Source: the human T2T-CHM13v2.0 reference genome, Homo sapiens. Taken from it: a stretch of 64,000 nucleotides of DNA. The DNA lies in NCBI RefSeq assembly GCF_009914755.1, contig NC_060936.1; one strand, written 5' to 3'. Below are positions 24,766-50,260 of the stretch, piece after piece. Position 1 is the first letter of the stretch. Each line of letters begins with the position of its first letter. The notes beneath the pieces were generated by a model that was given only the letters and a program-made list of their open reading frames with translations, was not told the DNA's origin and searched no databases. The position numbers and the translations under genes are program-made.

Positions 24766-26134
24766 GTAATCCCAGCTGCGGCGATGTGGACCGGCTGTTG
24801 GGTCTTGGGCAGGTGTCTGGAAGTCCATGGTCAGTCACCCTGCCAGATGCTCTGGGAACAGAGTCTTCTCTGGTCATTTTAAGTGGGCTTTAAAAATCAT
24901 TGAAAAAGTAATATGAGCTTAGTAGAAAAGAATTCAGAAGTACAGGAAGTAGAAATGGAAAAAAGTCCCCCAGAGCCCATCCTGTATGCAGCCGTAGCTG
25001 CTGCTTCTGTCTGCTCTTCTGTTTCTATGCCTGACATTTTTTCTACATGTATTTCTTACTGTCTTGTGCTATTTGGCTTCAAGCGTTGTGACATGCTGTT
25101 ACATCTTTATAAACGGCATGTCAGGGGCTGTATCACGGACTGTCCTCTGTCACCCGCTGCCTTTCCATTCCCTCTTATGGGTGTGCTGTGTTGTTCTAAT
25201 TGGAAGCCATTCTGAGAAACGCTGCAGAGAGCCTCTTGGTGCCTGAGGCTCTTCCCACACGTTTCCCCCCTCGGGGTAGATGACAGCCGTGACCTGGAGG
25301 ACATAACTGCTTTCCTGGTCAGTGTGTACACTGTGCGTGGAAGATATACCCCAACCGCAGAGAAATCTGGGAGGAGAAGAGAGAGTGTTACCCATGGGCT
25401 GAAAGCTGTTGTAAAGTGGTTTCAAATGAGAAACTCTACGTTGTGTCTGGTAGTATGCTGTATTTTGGAATCCACAGGAAATTGGGTCGTGATTGGTGAT
25501 GTTTTGCTCTTGTAAATACCAAGAATTCTCCAGTGCCTTTTGATTTTCCTCATTTAAATTTCCCTCCTGATGGCGGCCACTTTCTGTTCCCCCCAGCCCT
25601 GCAGCCTAACTGTTGAGAGTGTCAGGTGGTTTTCTGCTCCTGACTGTGGCCTGGGCTGGAGTTCAGATGTCACACGGCTCTGGGGCCAGGTCTCAAACAC
25701 AGCAGGTTCAAAAGGTTAGAGGACCACCCCAGCTCCACCTCTGGTCATCTGTGTGGCTTGTGGCTCTCTTGTTTTTGGAACCCGCTGATAGGAAGGAGAC
25801 TCACCTTGTTGCTCCAAGGTTTCTCTGGCCCCGGGGAGACAGCTCCATCCCCATCTCCTTTGATTTCTTTGGCACTCAGCTGTCTCTCCATAGTACACAG
25901 TCTGGATACATTTTGTGTGTCTTGGGTTGCGAGGGAAACATTTCTTGTATACTGGCAAGCGTGGCCGACATCGTGAGAGCAAATCCTGTCATCTGGCTCT
26001 GCCTCTGCGTACCTGGGCCTGAGGCCCAAGGATGAGGCTGGGCCTTGCTGTGGCTGCAGCCTGTCCAAGGCTTGTAGAACCAGGATCTGTTAGGGTCAAC
26101 CTCAAAGCTGCCCTTTTCTTTCTGCTGAGGTTAG

Positions 26135-26320
26135 GTTCTGACAGGGAGACAACAGCAAATACAAGAGAAGATTGAGCAGAACCGACGGGCACAAGAGGAA
26201 TCCCTGAAACACAGGGAGCAACTTATTCGAAATCTTGAGGAGGTGAGAGAGTTGGCTCGTCGCGAGAAAGAGGAGAGTGAAAAGCTGAAATCGGCCAGGA
26301 AGCAGGAGCTGGAAGCCCAG
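26135..26320 (+). CDS. TCHP: Trichoplein exon 11 ([10 protein letters not shown]...KQELEAQ)
   Basis: ttAG acceptor, CAG|GTAGGG donor; 186 nt, in frame. Confidence 0.93.
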
Positions 26321-26659
26321 GTAGGGCTGAGCCCAAGGGCGGGAGGCACCGGGCCTGCCAGGTTCTCTGCATCATCATGGGACAGGGTTCAGAGCCGCTG
26401 GACTGCCTGGCAGGGCTTGCGCACGTTTGAGAGCACGGTGCTCCCGTTTCCATCCCAGCTGCAGTCCTCATCCTCTTGACTGTGGCTTCTTTCCCTCCAC
26501 ATCCTCCATGTCGTGTGGGTGAGGCCGGTACTGCTGTCTGTTCTCTTTACTCTGTCTGCTTCTGCAAGCAGTTGGCTTACCGGGGGCCATAGATCTCTCT
26601 TCATTTCAGTCCCTGATACATAAGACAGAACAGTCCTCCAAACACCTGGCCACAGGCCG

Positions 26660-26936
26660 AGCTTTTCACGAGGTACACGCCACGCATATGTATAGCCTCT
26701 CCAGCTTTCCATGAGGTACACGCCACGCATACAGCCTCTCCAGCTTTCTACGAGGTACATGCCATGCATACAGCCTCTCCAGCTTTCTACCAGGTACACA
26801 CAATGCATACAGCCTCTCCAGCTTTCCACGAGGTACACGCCACGCATACAGCCTCTCCAGCTTTCCACGAGGTAAGCGCCACGCATACAGCCTCTCCAGC
26901 TTTCTATGAGGTACACACCATGCATACAGCCTTTCA
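26660..26936 (+). repeat. 39-bp minisatellite (VNTR-like), 7 units, TCHP intron 11
   Basis: Unit agctttccacgaggtacacgccacgcatacagcctctcc starting at 26660, 26703, 26742, 26781, 26820, 26859 and 26898; the first unit has a 4-nt insertion. Confidence 0.95.
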
Positions 26937-27095
26937 AGTCCCGCATGCTCCCTTCCGTTCCTTGGCACGTGCATTGCTGTTGCTCAGCTGGATTCTCCAG
27001 TCTGGGTAGGGCCGCAGGCTTACCTTCCTCATCAGAGGCAGGGCTCTGCCCTGTGGGCCTTGTCTTGGGGTGGTGACTTTGCTCTTGGCACTCAG

Positions 27096-27239
27096 GTTGC
27101 AGAGCGCCGGCTGCAGGCATGGGAAGCAGACCAGCAGGAGGAGGAGGAAGAGGAGGAGGCCCGGCGGGTCGAGCAGCTCTCAGATGCCCTGCTGCAGCAG
27201 GAGGCGGAGACTATGGCTGAGCAGGGCTACCGGCCTAAG
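27096..27239 (+). CDS. TCHP: Trichoplein exon 12 ([10 protein letters not shown]...EEEEEEE...GYRPK)
   Basis: ctcAG acceptor, AAG|GTAGGA donor; 144 nt. Confidence 0.95.
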
Positions 27240-28283
27240 GTAGGAAGTCTGCCAGGATATAGGCCAACACCGGCAAGACAGACTCTGCCCGGCCCCTGCT
27301 CCCCTGGGCCTGCTCATCGCCCCGCGCCGGGGTCTGCTCTCCGGCCGTCCGGGTTATTCCTTGTTTCTCTTCTCTTGTATTTCTCTCTTCCCTGACCAGC
27401 AGGGAGCCCTGACACAGGGGCTGTTCCAGTCCTTGGTTGGGCCTCAAACCTTGAAGTGATTTTGCTCTGGCCTTGCCTACTAAGCTGCATGCCTGTCCAC
27501 CCTCTTTGGTCAATCTAAGAAGAGCTGTGGCCACAGCTGCTGAGAGGGGTCAGAGCAGTAGATCTAGGCCTCAACTGTTGAGACAGTGAAGCCCGATGAA
27601 CAAGAGACCAGTCCTCCTCCTCACCTCCCCTCCCTCCCTCCTGTGGGTGTCCTCTTCCTCCCCTCCCTCCCGTGTGTGTATCTGTTTCTCTGCCTCTCAG
27701 TGTCTTTGTTCCCGGACCTGTCTGCACAGCACCATGGGGAGCACAGAGAAGCAAATGCTGCCTTCCCTGCCCTGAGGAAGCTGATGACTGAAGCACCTCC
27801 ACTGCTGGCTTGTCCCCTCTGCCCTCCTTTACCTAGGGCCACCCTGGCCACCCGGTGCCTAGAGTGCATTCCCCAGGACACATGCTGCAGAATGAGGGCT
27901 GGCTCCCTTGTGGTCAGATGACACTGGGAAACTGAGTGAAACATAATTAGAGCAGGTGCTGCGTTTGCCATAGGCCACTCGCCCTCAAACACTGACTGTC
28001 ACAGTCACAGGGAACAGCATTTCCTAAACCCACTTGGCCGTGGATCAGTGAGAGTGTCAGGGTCAGGGTTTCACAGATCATATGTGAAAGTGTTTCTTAG
28101 GGCTAGTACTCAAAACCAAAAAGATATCAAGTGCCTCATTTATGGCTTAGGGTCAGATTTTTTCAGCTGGAAATGAAACAGCCATTTATATTGTTCTTTT
28201 AGCTTGTAGTTAAAACAAGGTTAATTCCTCATGCTGCAGATACTGCTGATCTGATCACTCTTATGTTTTCTTTCTTTTCTCAG

Positions 28284-28316
28284 CCTTACGGACATCCAAA
28301 AATTGCTTGGAACTGA
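28284..28316 (+). CDS. TCHP: Trichoplein exon 13, coding part (PYGHPKIAWN*)
   Basis: Long polypyrimidine tract + cAG; TGA at 28314-28316; the spliced CDS totals 498 codons plus stop. Confidence 0.95.
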   Translation, partial: PYGHPKIAWN

Positions 28317-29024
28317 CTTCATGGGTACCATAAGTACAGAGAACAAGGGATGCTGAGGCTTCTGATCCCAGCCGCCAGGCAGTTTTACAGGGCTCTGTTA
28401 ACAGTAAGTGCCCGGGGCACTGTCAGATGGCTCAGCAGTGCCTGCTCAGGTTCATCATTGAAACATCCCAGTGTTTGGCCAGACATTAAGGTGTCGTGAG
28501 AGTCCCTTTCATGCCTTTCTTACCCAAGCAAGGGTCTTTGATGGGCACGTGTTTACAGCGCTGCTGCATAGTCTTGTAATATATTAACAGTCACATCAAC
28601 TGAAGGTCAATACTAAGAGCCACAGGTTGTACCTGTGATGGGGCGTGTGGTTTCCTGTTGTCTCACCTTTAATTGTCAACCTCCAGTGTTGACTCTAGAA
28701 ATATGAGGAAAGCTTTTCAGTTTTTAAAATTGCCATTTAAATTTAGTCTATTAAAAACAAACCTAGAGGTCTTGGTGCAGTTGATTTCAGAGTTTATTAA
28801 TTTAGTGGTCCCAAAAGTATTACATCTTTTATATTCTGGAAGAAAAGAACTGTGAACAAATTAGAACCCCGGAACACTCTGACGTCCATGGACGCATTCC
28901 AGAAAAGTGGCAAGAGATGAGTCTTTCCTCCTCCAGGAAGCATTTTGGTAGAATTTCCATAGAGCATTGTCTGTGAGTGACTGATCCCAACATGTATGTT
29001 ACTAAGCCCCAAAACGAACTTCAA

Positions 29025-29150
29025 ACTGGGTGTGGTGGCACGTGCCTTTAGTCCCAGCTACCCGGGAGGCTGCGGCAAGAGGATTGCTTGAGCCCAGGAG
29101 TTCGAGTCCAACCTGGGCAAAAGAGTGAGACCCCATCTCTAAAACCAAAA
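29025..29150 (+). mobile_element. FLAM / Alu monomer in the TCHP 3'UTR
   Basis: ctgggtgtggtggcacgtgcc...gagcccaggagttcgag...ccccatctctaaaa. Confidence 0.85.
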
Positions 29151-29739
29151 AGGTACCTTAGAAGGTCACCTGGTTGGCTAACCTTTTAAAGGCAGGGGCG
29201 TGACACGTAGGACACATTGGGAATGTCTTGGCTACTACATGTAGCCTTCTGGGATATATGTGCCCAGAGGGAGAAGCACTGAGCCTGAAGAAACTAGATG
29301 AGTCTCAGAACCACAGACCGGCCAGAAATCTCTCCCACCATTATATCAGCGTGATACAGGTCTACATTCATTTCTACAAACAGGAACAAGTTCCTTGCAG
29401 CAATAATATTATTTTATGACTTGTATTTTTACTATACCCTTCCTCTGAGGTTTAGTTTTCATCACATTATGTTCAAGATTCCATATCTCCGTAAATTACA
29501 GCTAATTACAGGGCATTGTTCCATGGTTATTAAAAATCAGAGTTTATTAAAAATCCTGAGTCTTAAGGGCTGTCTTACCTTTCACTTCCACTGTCCTGTA
29601 GAAACAGATCAAGCTGCAAACCACGTCCTTCATCTGTTGTTCATTTTCTTGCAACTCTTTGACTCTGATCCCCTGAGCAGCACGTTCATCACGCATGCTC
29701 TCTGTTGCGTTCCCCATTTCAGATGTCCAGTAATGGTGA

Positions 29740-29745
29740 AATAAA
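29740..29745 (+). terminator. TCHP: TCHP polyadenylation signal AATAAA
   Basis: First canonical AATAAA I found after the stop, followed by a GU/U-rich stretch (tttgttacggattttct). Confidence 0.72.
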
Positions 29746-29881
29746 ATCCTGCTTCGACAGCATGGCTTCCTGGCTTTGTTACGGATTTTCTGATTGACTG
29801 CCGTTAAGTGCATTGTTGGTGACAGGCTTTTTACTGATTTAATCCACATCTCCCACATACAGGCTTGGCTATTTTCTATGA

Positions 29882-31243
<1,362 letters not shown>

Positions 31244-32429
31244 ACCTCGCTTTCTGCTCCTCGCTTAGCACACGTTCTCTCTAGGGAAGGTACTAGGCCT
31301 GGGAAGTCACAGCTGACCATGAACAGTGACAAGAGTCAGACGCTCGAATCGGACACATGGATGAGCAGACGTCACTGGCAAACAGCCAGTTGTCACTCAT
31401 GGGGCTGAAGAGATGTTTGTGCAATATGTACAGTCTATACATCCATATTTATGGATACGACTTTTTCATCTGGGTTTTTAGGTAGTTTTTGGTGTTCATA
31501 AAATATAGAGCAATCATTTAAAAGATATTGTAAAGCCTTTAAAAACACTGGCCTTAGCAGTTCTTGATGACCTCGACTAAATTCAGCCATGAAGCTCTGT
31601 GGAGTTGGATTTTAGGAAACTGATTTTACATTGTAATGTCTTCCTTTTAGAGGGATGTTTATGCCTTAGTATCACTCAAAACACAGTATCTACCTCAAAG
31701 GATACATGCGTGGTTTTTTCTGCAGGTAGCTGGAGTTTTTTACTGCTGTAAGAAACTGATTGTATAAATTCACTATCGTTCGTTTGTTCATTGTCACTTG
31801 TTTAGTTTCCAGTTTTTTCTATTAAAATGGAGTTGCTGGAATCCTCCGTGCACATAACTTCTAGTTCAGGTATTCTAGTTGATCTCCAGCAAAATGACTA
31901 GAAAGGGGCCACTTTCCATATTACAGCCATCAGGATCATGATGGAAAAGCCTGGATTTATGTCAGGGTACTGCCTTGACGCTGCCCTAGCGCTTTTCTTC
32001 TCATTTTCTCCCAATTAACTGCTCTAGACACTGCAGCTCCCTTTCTTCATTTCCCCACAACACTCCCTCTTCCATTTCCATATGGAAATGCTTACAGTAG
32101 GAGGCTGGCGGGCGGGGATCCCCCACGTGAGGGTGCTCAAGCTGTGCGGCACTGTGGTCCGTGCCGCTGACTCCTGGCTCCTGAGACAAACCAAGCATCT
32201 GGACCTAAGCAGCTGGGCCACCGACACTGGCTTCCAGTTCACATGTACAGCTCTTCTCTATCCATCGGGGTTGCTGATACACATGGGGTTCTGTGGATAC
32301 TTTGCAGTTACTGTGGCCTCTGCCGGTCATAATGGAGCAGTGCTAGTTTTCTGGGCCCAGGCCTCACCACCCAGGCCCTCCTAGGTGATGTGAGCCAGGC
32401 CTCTGCCTTCTGCTGCCATCCTCACATCA

Positions 32430-32930
32430 GTAACTCCTGGCTCTGCAGCTCTAGTCCAGACTCTGATGTCCCTACCTCTCTGACATCTCCACGGTGTCTC
32501 AGAGGTGCCTCAAGCTCAGCATAGCCAAGACGAATGAGTGATCTCCCCCAAACCCCCATCAGAAAAAAAACCCCAGACGCATCTGGCCCTTCTGCAGTGT
32601 TCTCAGATAAGCGCCTGGTGATGCCATCTATCCTGCCAGTTGATTATGCCTTAGACCGAGGGCACCGGCTCCTGGTGGCCTCCTGAACCTTTGGCCATCC
32701 ACTTTGCTCTTTAATGTCCACCCTTCATGTCACCAAGCCAGCCCATTTTTTTCTTCATCGTAGAGTCAGAGATCATTTACAAATAAACACCTGAAATGAG
32801 ACTCGTCCACCTTCTTCAGTGGCTGCTCACTGCACTTAGTACCAAGAGCCAAATCCTTTCCTGGCCTACAAGGCCCTGTCCTGACCGGCCCTGCAGAGCT
32901 TTCCTGAAATGTACTGCTCTGCCTTCTGGC
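32430..32930 (+). mobile_element. L2 fragment
   Basis: ctccag..ctgacatctccac...cctcaagctcagcat...ttcagtggctgctcactgcact...cctacaaggccct. Confidence 0.5.
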
Positions 32931-33113
32931 CCAGAAGATAGAAATACCAGATTGGTACAAAGATGTTGCTCACAGCATTAGTATGGTAACAGAAACCAAT
33001 AACCTAGGCATCTAACACCAAGAGGCTGTTTGAGCTTGGGATGTTATGCAGTGAATTAAAGTGGAGTGGAAAACAAAGTTATGGAGAAATGTTCTGCCAC
33101 ATTAAAAAGTTAA

Positions 33114-37823
<4,710 letters not shown>

Positions 37824-37836
37824 CCGACTCCATTGT

Positions 37837-39414
<1,578 letters not shown>

Positions 39415-39621
39415 TTGTGACTCCGCCGGAGGCTGGGAAGCGCACCCTGGTGGTGAAGAGGAGTAAGGAGCATGACAGCAACTGACACACTCTCTCCTTG
39501 GATGTGAGGCTCGGCCTCCTGGGCTGTAAACATCCTTATCTGAAAAATGGGAAGAAACCACTCACTTCATCTGGCTGTAGTGAGGATGAAATGAATGAAC
39601 ATGTGTCAAGAACTCAGCACA

Positions 39622-41314
<1,693 letters not shown>

Positions 41315-41494
41315 ACCTATTTGCTAAGCACAGAGGAAGAAAAAGATAGTCATTACTGTAAAACTGCAGAGCCCCAAAGCATATGAAACACTGCATCTCA
41401 CTAATGATGGCGTTTTGGGAGAACTTCCTCAGACCTTTTACAGAGTATCTGGAAACATCAACTAATTGATGGGGAGCACAGCATTACCACAAAA

Positions 41495-44400
41495 ACACTT
41501 GTAGAGCCTGTTTATTGCATAACTAGCAGGCACAAATTCCAAAACGATTTTACAACACTTAAAGGGCACAATAATTACAGGAATAGAATGTACAATAAAA
41601 AGTACAGAATAATGAGTGACAGGGATCAAACACGTTGGAATAAAAGGCATCTCAGTTTTCCTATGCAGCATTTTCTTTTCTAGGAACACGTTACCTTCAA
41701 CCAGGACAAGGAAAGAAAGAAAACTATACTATTGGAAAGCTCATGGGTGCCATTGAGGACAAAAACAGGCGAGTTTTGCTCTTGGTTCTGCAACTGAATC
41801 ACTTGAGAAGCCGTGCACAGCTCCCGAGTTGTGCGTTTAGAATTCTGATTACATGAAATGCTGTGTTTGATCTTTGGGCCCAATTCACTGTTCTTTGGCA
41901 AATAAGAACTATTTGCATTCCAAGGCAGATGACGATTTCTGTGAAAGGAGCTTAGAGGTACAGCTGTTTCCTTCTGTTCAGTCAAGTGCCAGTTTCATAA
42001 AGTGCACCTCTGCCCTATCAGCTTTGGGGGAAGGGTGGCATATGGGGAGGAAGGGATCATTGAGAATACAGGGTGAAAAAGAACGACGTTACTGAAGGTA
42101 GACATTGCTAGTGCAAGGTACGGAATCCATGTGCAAAAGGTGGCTGGAACAAATGTTCAGATAAGGTGCGATTTGCCAACAGGAGCAGAGAACTCTGACA
42201 CCAGATCTCAGATGAGGCCAAGGAAATGCGCGGGGCACATACAGAGAGGACGACCTGCAGCCCTCCAATGGCCACGTCATTCCACCGGGGAACTTGTTTG
42301 GAGTTTTGGCACCGTGGGCTAACCGAGCACTCTTCTGACATATTCTTACAACTGGAAATGCTTTGTTGGTCCCCATGTTCCTTGACTTTCTCTAGGGCCA
42401 TAAAGGCAACATCTTCTATTGCAGGTCCTCAAACATTCCAAGGAAAACACTGCTTCACCTCCTGCAGACAGCTCATTTCCCAGAAGCCTCTACAGAAGCC
42501 CGTCCTCCCTGGGACAGCAGGGGCAGGGGTTTGCAAGATAAAGGAGGGTCAGCTAAGGACATGAAGCCTGCAGAAAAGGCTATCAGATGGCGCCTGAACT
42601 TAAGGTGGGAGGCCCCCTTCTAGAAGGCATCCCGGGAGCATCCAACAGCAATGTGGCACTTAGGGCTGTGGGACAAACAAGTGGAAGAGTCTTTTGGAGA
42701 CGTGGACCCTTTTCCCATGCTACTCACAGTGAAGCAAAATGCGACAAAAGCATCCACACACGGTGACTTAGTAAAGCAAGCACCGTCGGGGTGCTACTTT
42801 CATGACAGCATATGGTCAAGCTATAAAGGTGTGCATCGATCAGTCCTGTGAAAATAGAAGCTTAGTTATTAGCATGTATTGAGGCAACTTGTACTTTGAT
42901 TCTTGTGTCTTCTTCACATGTGTGAATGACTGCTATGGGACAGAACATATGGTTAAAAACAGGAGCGACAGCAACATAACACACAGGGTTGGCCGGCTCC
43001 ATTACGGGTAAGACTCAGAGGCTGCTCCAGGTGTGTCCGGGGAAGCCAGGCCCTCACACTGCACAGCTTACAGGGCCCTGGGGTGGGGGCTGTGAGCTGG
43101 CAGCCTAGAGGACACAGCTCACCTGCACATGGTCTCTGAAAGTGTTCAAATTGGTTGCCAACATTTATAAATGGAGAGATGGCACCAAAAAACATCTAGG
43201 TTTCTTGTCTCTTGAAAAATCAAAGCTGTGGCCACCCTAGGCCCACTTTTCCACATGGCAACAGGCGTGGAGCTGGGGGCTACTGCCCCTACTGTGTAGG
43301 CGGTGGGCTCCCCATAGTCTCCTCTGCCCTGCTGCCGTGTACCTGGCTCCCTTCACTCATCCACATCACCGGCCCTAGGCCAGGGTCTGAACCACACACA
43401 CAGAATGGCTGCAGTAAGCAGGAACGGGAAGAGCTTTCACATTCAGAACAAGAAGGGGCTTTTGAGTAACTAAAAAACAATCTGAGCATGTTCCAGCACT
43501 TCAACCTTACTCTTTCAGAGCTTTGGGGTAGCAGGCAGCCAGCTAGAGCACACTCTCTAAGGAACTCTTGAAAGTTGATGTCTAATTTTTAAGTACTCAT
43601 GAGGTGATGGAGGAGAAACTAACTCAGATGACTGCGATACGATACATCTTTCCTTATAAGAAGTCCTTAAAGATGATGAAAAATGTGAAGCAACTCATGT
43701 GAGAAAGCTGTAAGTGGTCAGAGAAGCAAGCTGACTTTTGGATGAAGGGTACAACACAGTGTCAGGGAGTAGGTGATTTCTTTTCCCTATAGTTCATGGT
43801 AGTGATACCTAAATGGGTGGCACAAAATGAGTTCTGGCTTGTTAGACTGATGCTTCTCTTTGCTGCAGGTTTTGAACAAACTGTCTGGCTTACAGGGGTG
43901 AGGGAGAGCACCTGACAATGGGTGGTGATGTGCGTGGAGCTCCTACCCTGAACATGGCTTCATGAGATGTCCTGTGGTGGGTCAATGCTTTATCTCATTC
44001 CATGGAGCCTTCAAGATGACAAGAAAACATCAAGAGATAGGAGCTTGAGATAACAACATTAAATAACAGAACATGTAACAGGGTAAAACACTGAGAAGAA
44101 ATGAACCAATTCATTGTTTCCTCCCAAGAGAGACTGTGACACTAGTTTTAAAAAGCGGCAAAGTCCTTTCTCTACATACATGCTTGGAGATACCCCAAAC
44201 TTAGAGATTATGAAGTAGGCCAGGAAATTCACTTATTGCACGATGCTTGGCAGGGAACAAATGACGCTGATTTTTTCTTTTTTAACTGAACTCTCTCAAG
44301 AAAATGTTTTATGAAAAATTTCATTTATAGTTTCAGCCATAGGCAGGGAGTTTTAAGGGATGGAAAAGTTTTCACAAACTTTAGACAATGAAACTATACT

Positions 44401-44669
44401 TTTGGATGTATGTGATCAACTCAACAGTTGTTGACAACACAACCGAACATCAGAAACTAAACCAGCAAATAGGCACAAAATAAGGCAAGTGGGTTAAATA
44501 GTTGAAAATTGGTTAGAAAACATGCAAAAATAATACTGAGTTTTCTTTTAAAAAGTTTTAAACCGTCATTAAATGTTTCTTTTTGTAGAAATCTGAAGAG
44601 TTCTGCGTCTGAATTTGAAATTGGACTTTATAAAGCCTAGAAAACAGAGGAGGCGGTGCCCTGCCCTTG
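41495..44669 (-). other. GIT2: GIT2 long-isoform 3'UTR (~3.2 kb)
   Basis: Alu-free sequence between the stop codon and the minus-strand AATAAA at 41511-41516. Confidence 0.8.
41511..41516 (-). terminator. GIT2: GIT2 distal poly(A) signal AATAAA
   Basis: + strand TTTATT; several upstream UGUA elements (+ strand TACA at ~41551, 41576, 41591, 41603); GU-rich downstream element (+ strand acaaaaacac). Confidence 0.8.
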
Positions 44670-44882
44670 TCAGTTGTTGTTCTCTTTGGTGGTGATGGTA
44701 ACCAGCTGCTTGGCAGCCTTGGCGATGTCGTACGCACACTGGATGACCTGCTGCGTGACCAGCTGAACGTCTGTGGGTGAGCCGGGGTCCCCTGGGAGGG
44801 TCTTCTTGCACTCTGACTGCAGTCGGTAGGCACTGGACGTCAGTAAACGAAGGGAAGTCCTCACCATATCAGACTTGGGTTT
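44670..44882 (-). CDS. GIT2: GIT2 last exon, paxillin-binding (PBS/FAT-like) domain C-terminus (KPKSDMVRTS...TKENNN*)
   Basis: ttttAG acceptor; 213 nt including TGA; contains the GIT-family motif VIQCAYDIAKAAKQLVTITT. Confidence 0.97.
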   Translation of the reverse strand, partial: KPKSDMVRTSLRLLTSSAYRLQSECKKTLPGDPGSPTDVQLVTQQVIQCAYDIAKAAKQLVTITTKENNN

Positions 44883-45286
44883 CTAAAAGGAAAAAGACAG
44901 CCGTTTACCCTGAACTGCAGGGCAGACATCCAAAAGCAGGGGACAAACATTCTTCTAAAGCAAACCAAGCTGCTCCCCAGAGTGAAAGGCGGTTTGGTCC
45001 TGCCCTTTCTCAAAGGGGTGCTTCACACACTCCAAGCTTTGCAGCCCACAGCGTAAGAGATGCTGAAATATTCTGATTCAAAGGTCAAAGTGCATGCAGG
45101 GTAATTTTAGTAGTATGTGGTATTTTGAAGTAGTTTTTGAAAAATATTAATCCATGTGGGTAAAATATTCCAGAAAATCCTATAAATTTTAAAATGTGCC
45201 TTTTAGCACGACTTGTATATCCTTGTCTTATTAAATCAACATTCATGCAGAACAAAAATATTTCAAAGCTCTATACGACTGCATAT

Positions 45287-49770
<4,484 letters not shown>

Positions 49771-50071
49771 TAGCCCCTGTCCCCCTCCTAGAACTAGCAT
49801 TGTCACCACCCTAACTATGCCGCAATCCTGTTTCTAGAGGCATTTATTTTCGGAGCTTCGTAACAAGATGAAAAAAAAGAAAATACCATGTAAATCAAAC
49901 AAGACAAAGCAAACCAAAACTGACATTGTTCTTAAGCCTGTTATGTAGACTTGTTTTCAATGACCTTGAAGTCAGCATGCTGGGAATAGCTGCCATTAGG
50001 AACATGGGCATCATCCCTTTCTGGGCGCATAACTCATGCTCTCCCAAAGCAGGGTCTTCAATCCTGCTTAC

Positions 50072-50260
50072 CTGTCATGTTTATTTTCTTGGGCTGCTCT
50101 TAAGAGCTCCTGTATGTTTTTGGTGATCTGTTCAGTCTTCCTGATGACATCTTCGGTGCTAGGGAGAGTGGGGCTTGGGGCCACATGGGGTTCTGCTGTG
50201 TCTGGTACCAAGCCATCCCCTGGCCACACCATACTTCTTTGCCGTCCCTTTCGGCTTGAC
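50072..50260 (-). CDS. GIT2: GIT2 exon (SSRKGRQRSM...LPSTEDVIRKTEQITKNIQELLRAAQENKHDS)
   Basis: cacAG acceptor, AG|GTAAGC donor; 189 nt; start of the paxillin-binding domain. Confidence 0.95.

Larger units (their letters stand above)
28317..29765 (+). other. TCHP: TCHP 3'UTR
   Basis: Runs from the stop codon to the AATAAA at 29740-29745; ATTAAA variants at 28750, 29529 and 29546. Confidence 0.75.

Noticed and set aside
26660-26936. CRISPR-like array
   Set aside because: The units are contiguous with no unique spacers, no cas genes are present, and the DNA is human.
26389-27120. 243-aa minus-strand ORF with 13-aa repeats (WRGCMRGVYLVES), plus a second repeat-frame ORF
   Set aside because: Produced by the 39-bp (13-codon) VNTR lacking stops in those frames; antisense to a TCHP intron, with no promoter or splice support.
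41998-42170. + strand matches to the 5' ends of miR-17, miR-19 and miR-18 as a miRNA gene cluster
   Set aside because: The matches are essentially limited to the seed regions and no pre-miRNA hairpins are evident; they are better explained as target sites on the - strand GIT2 mRNA.
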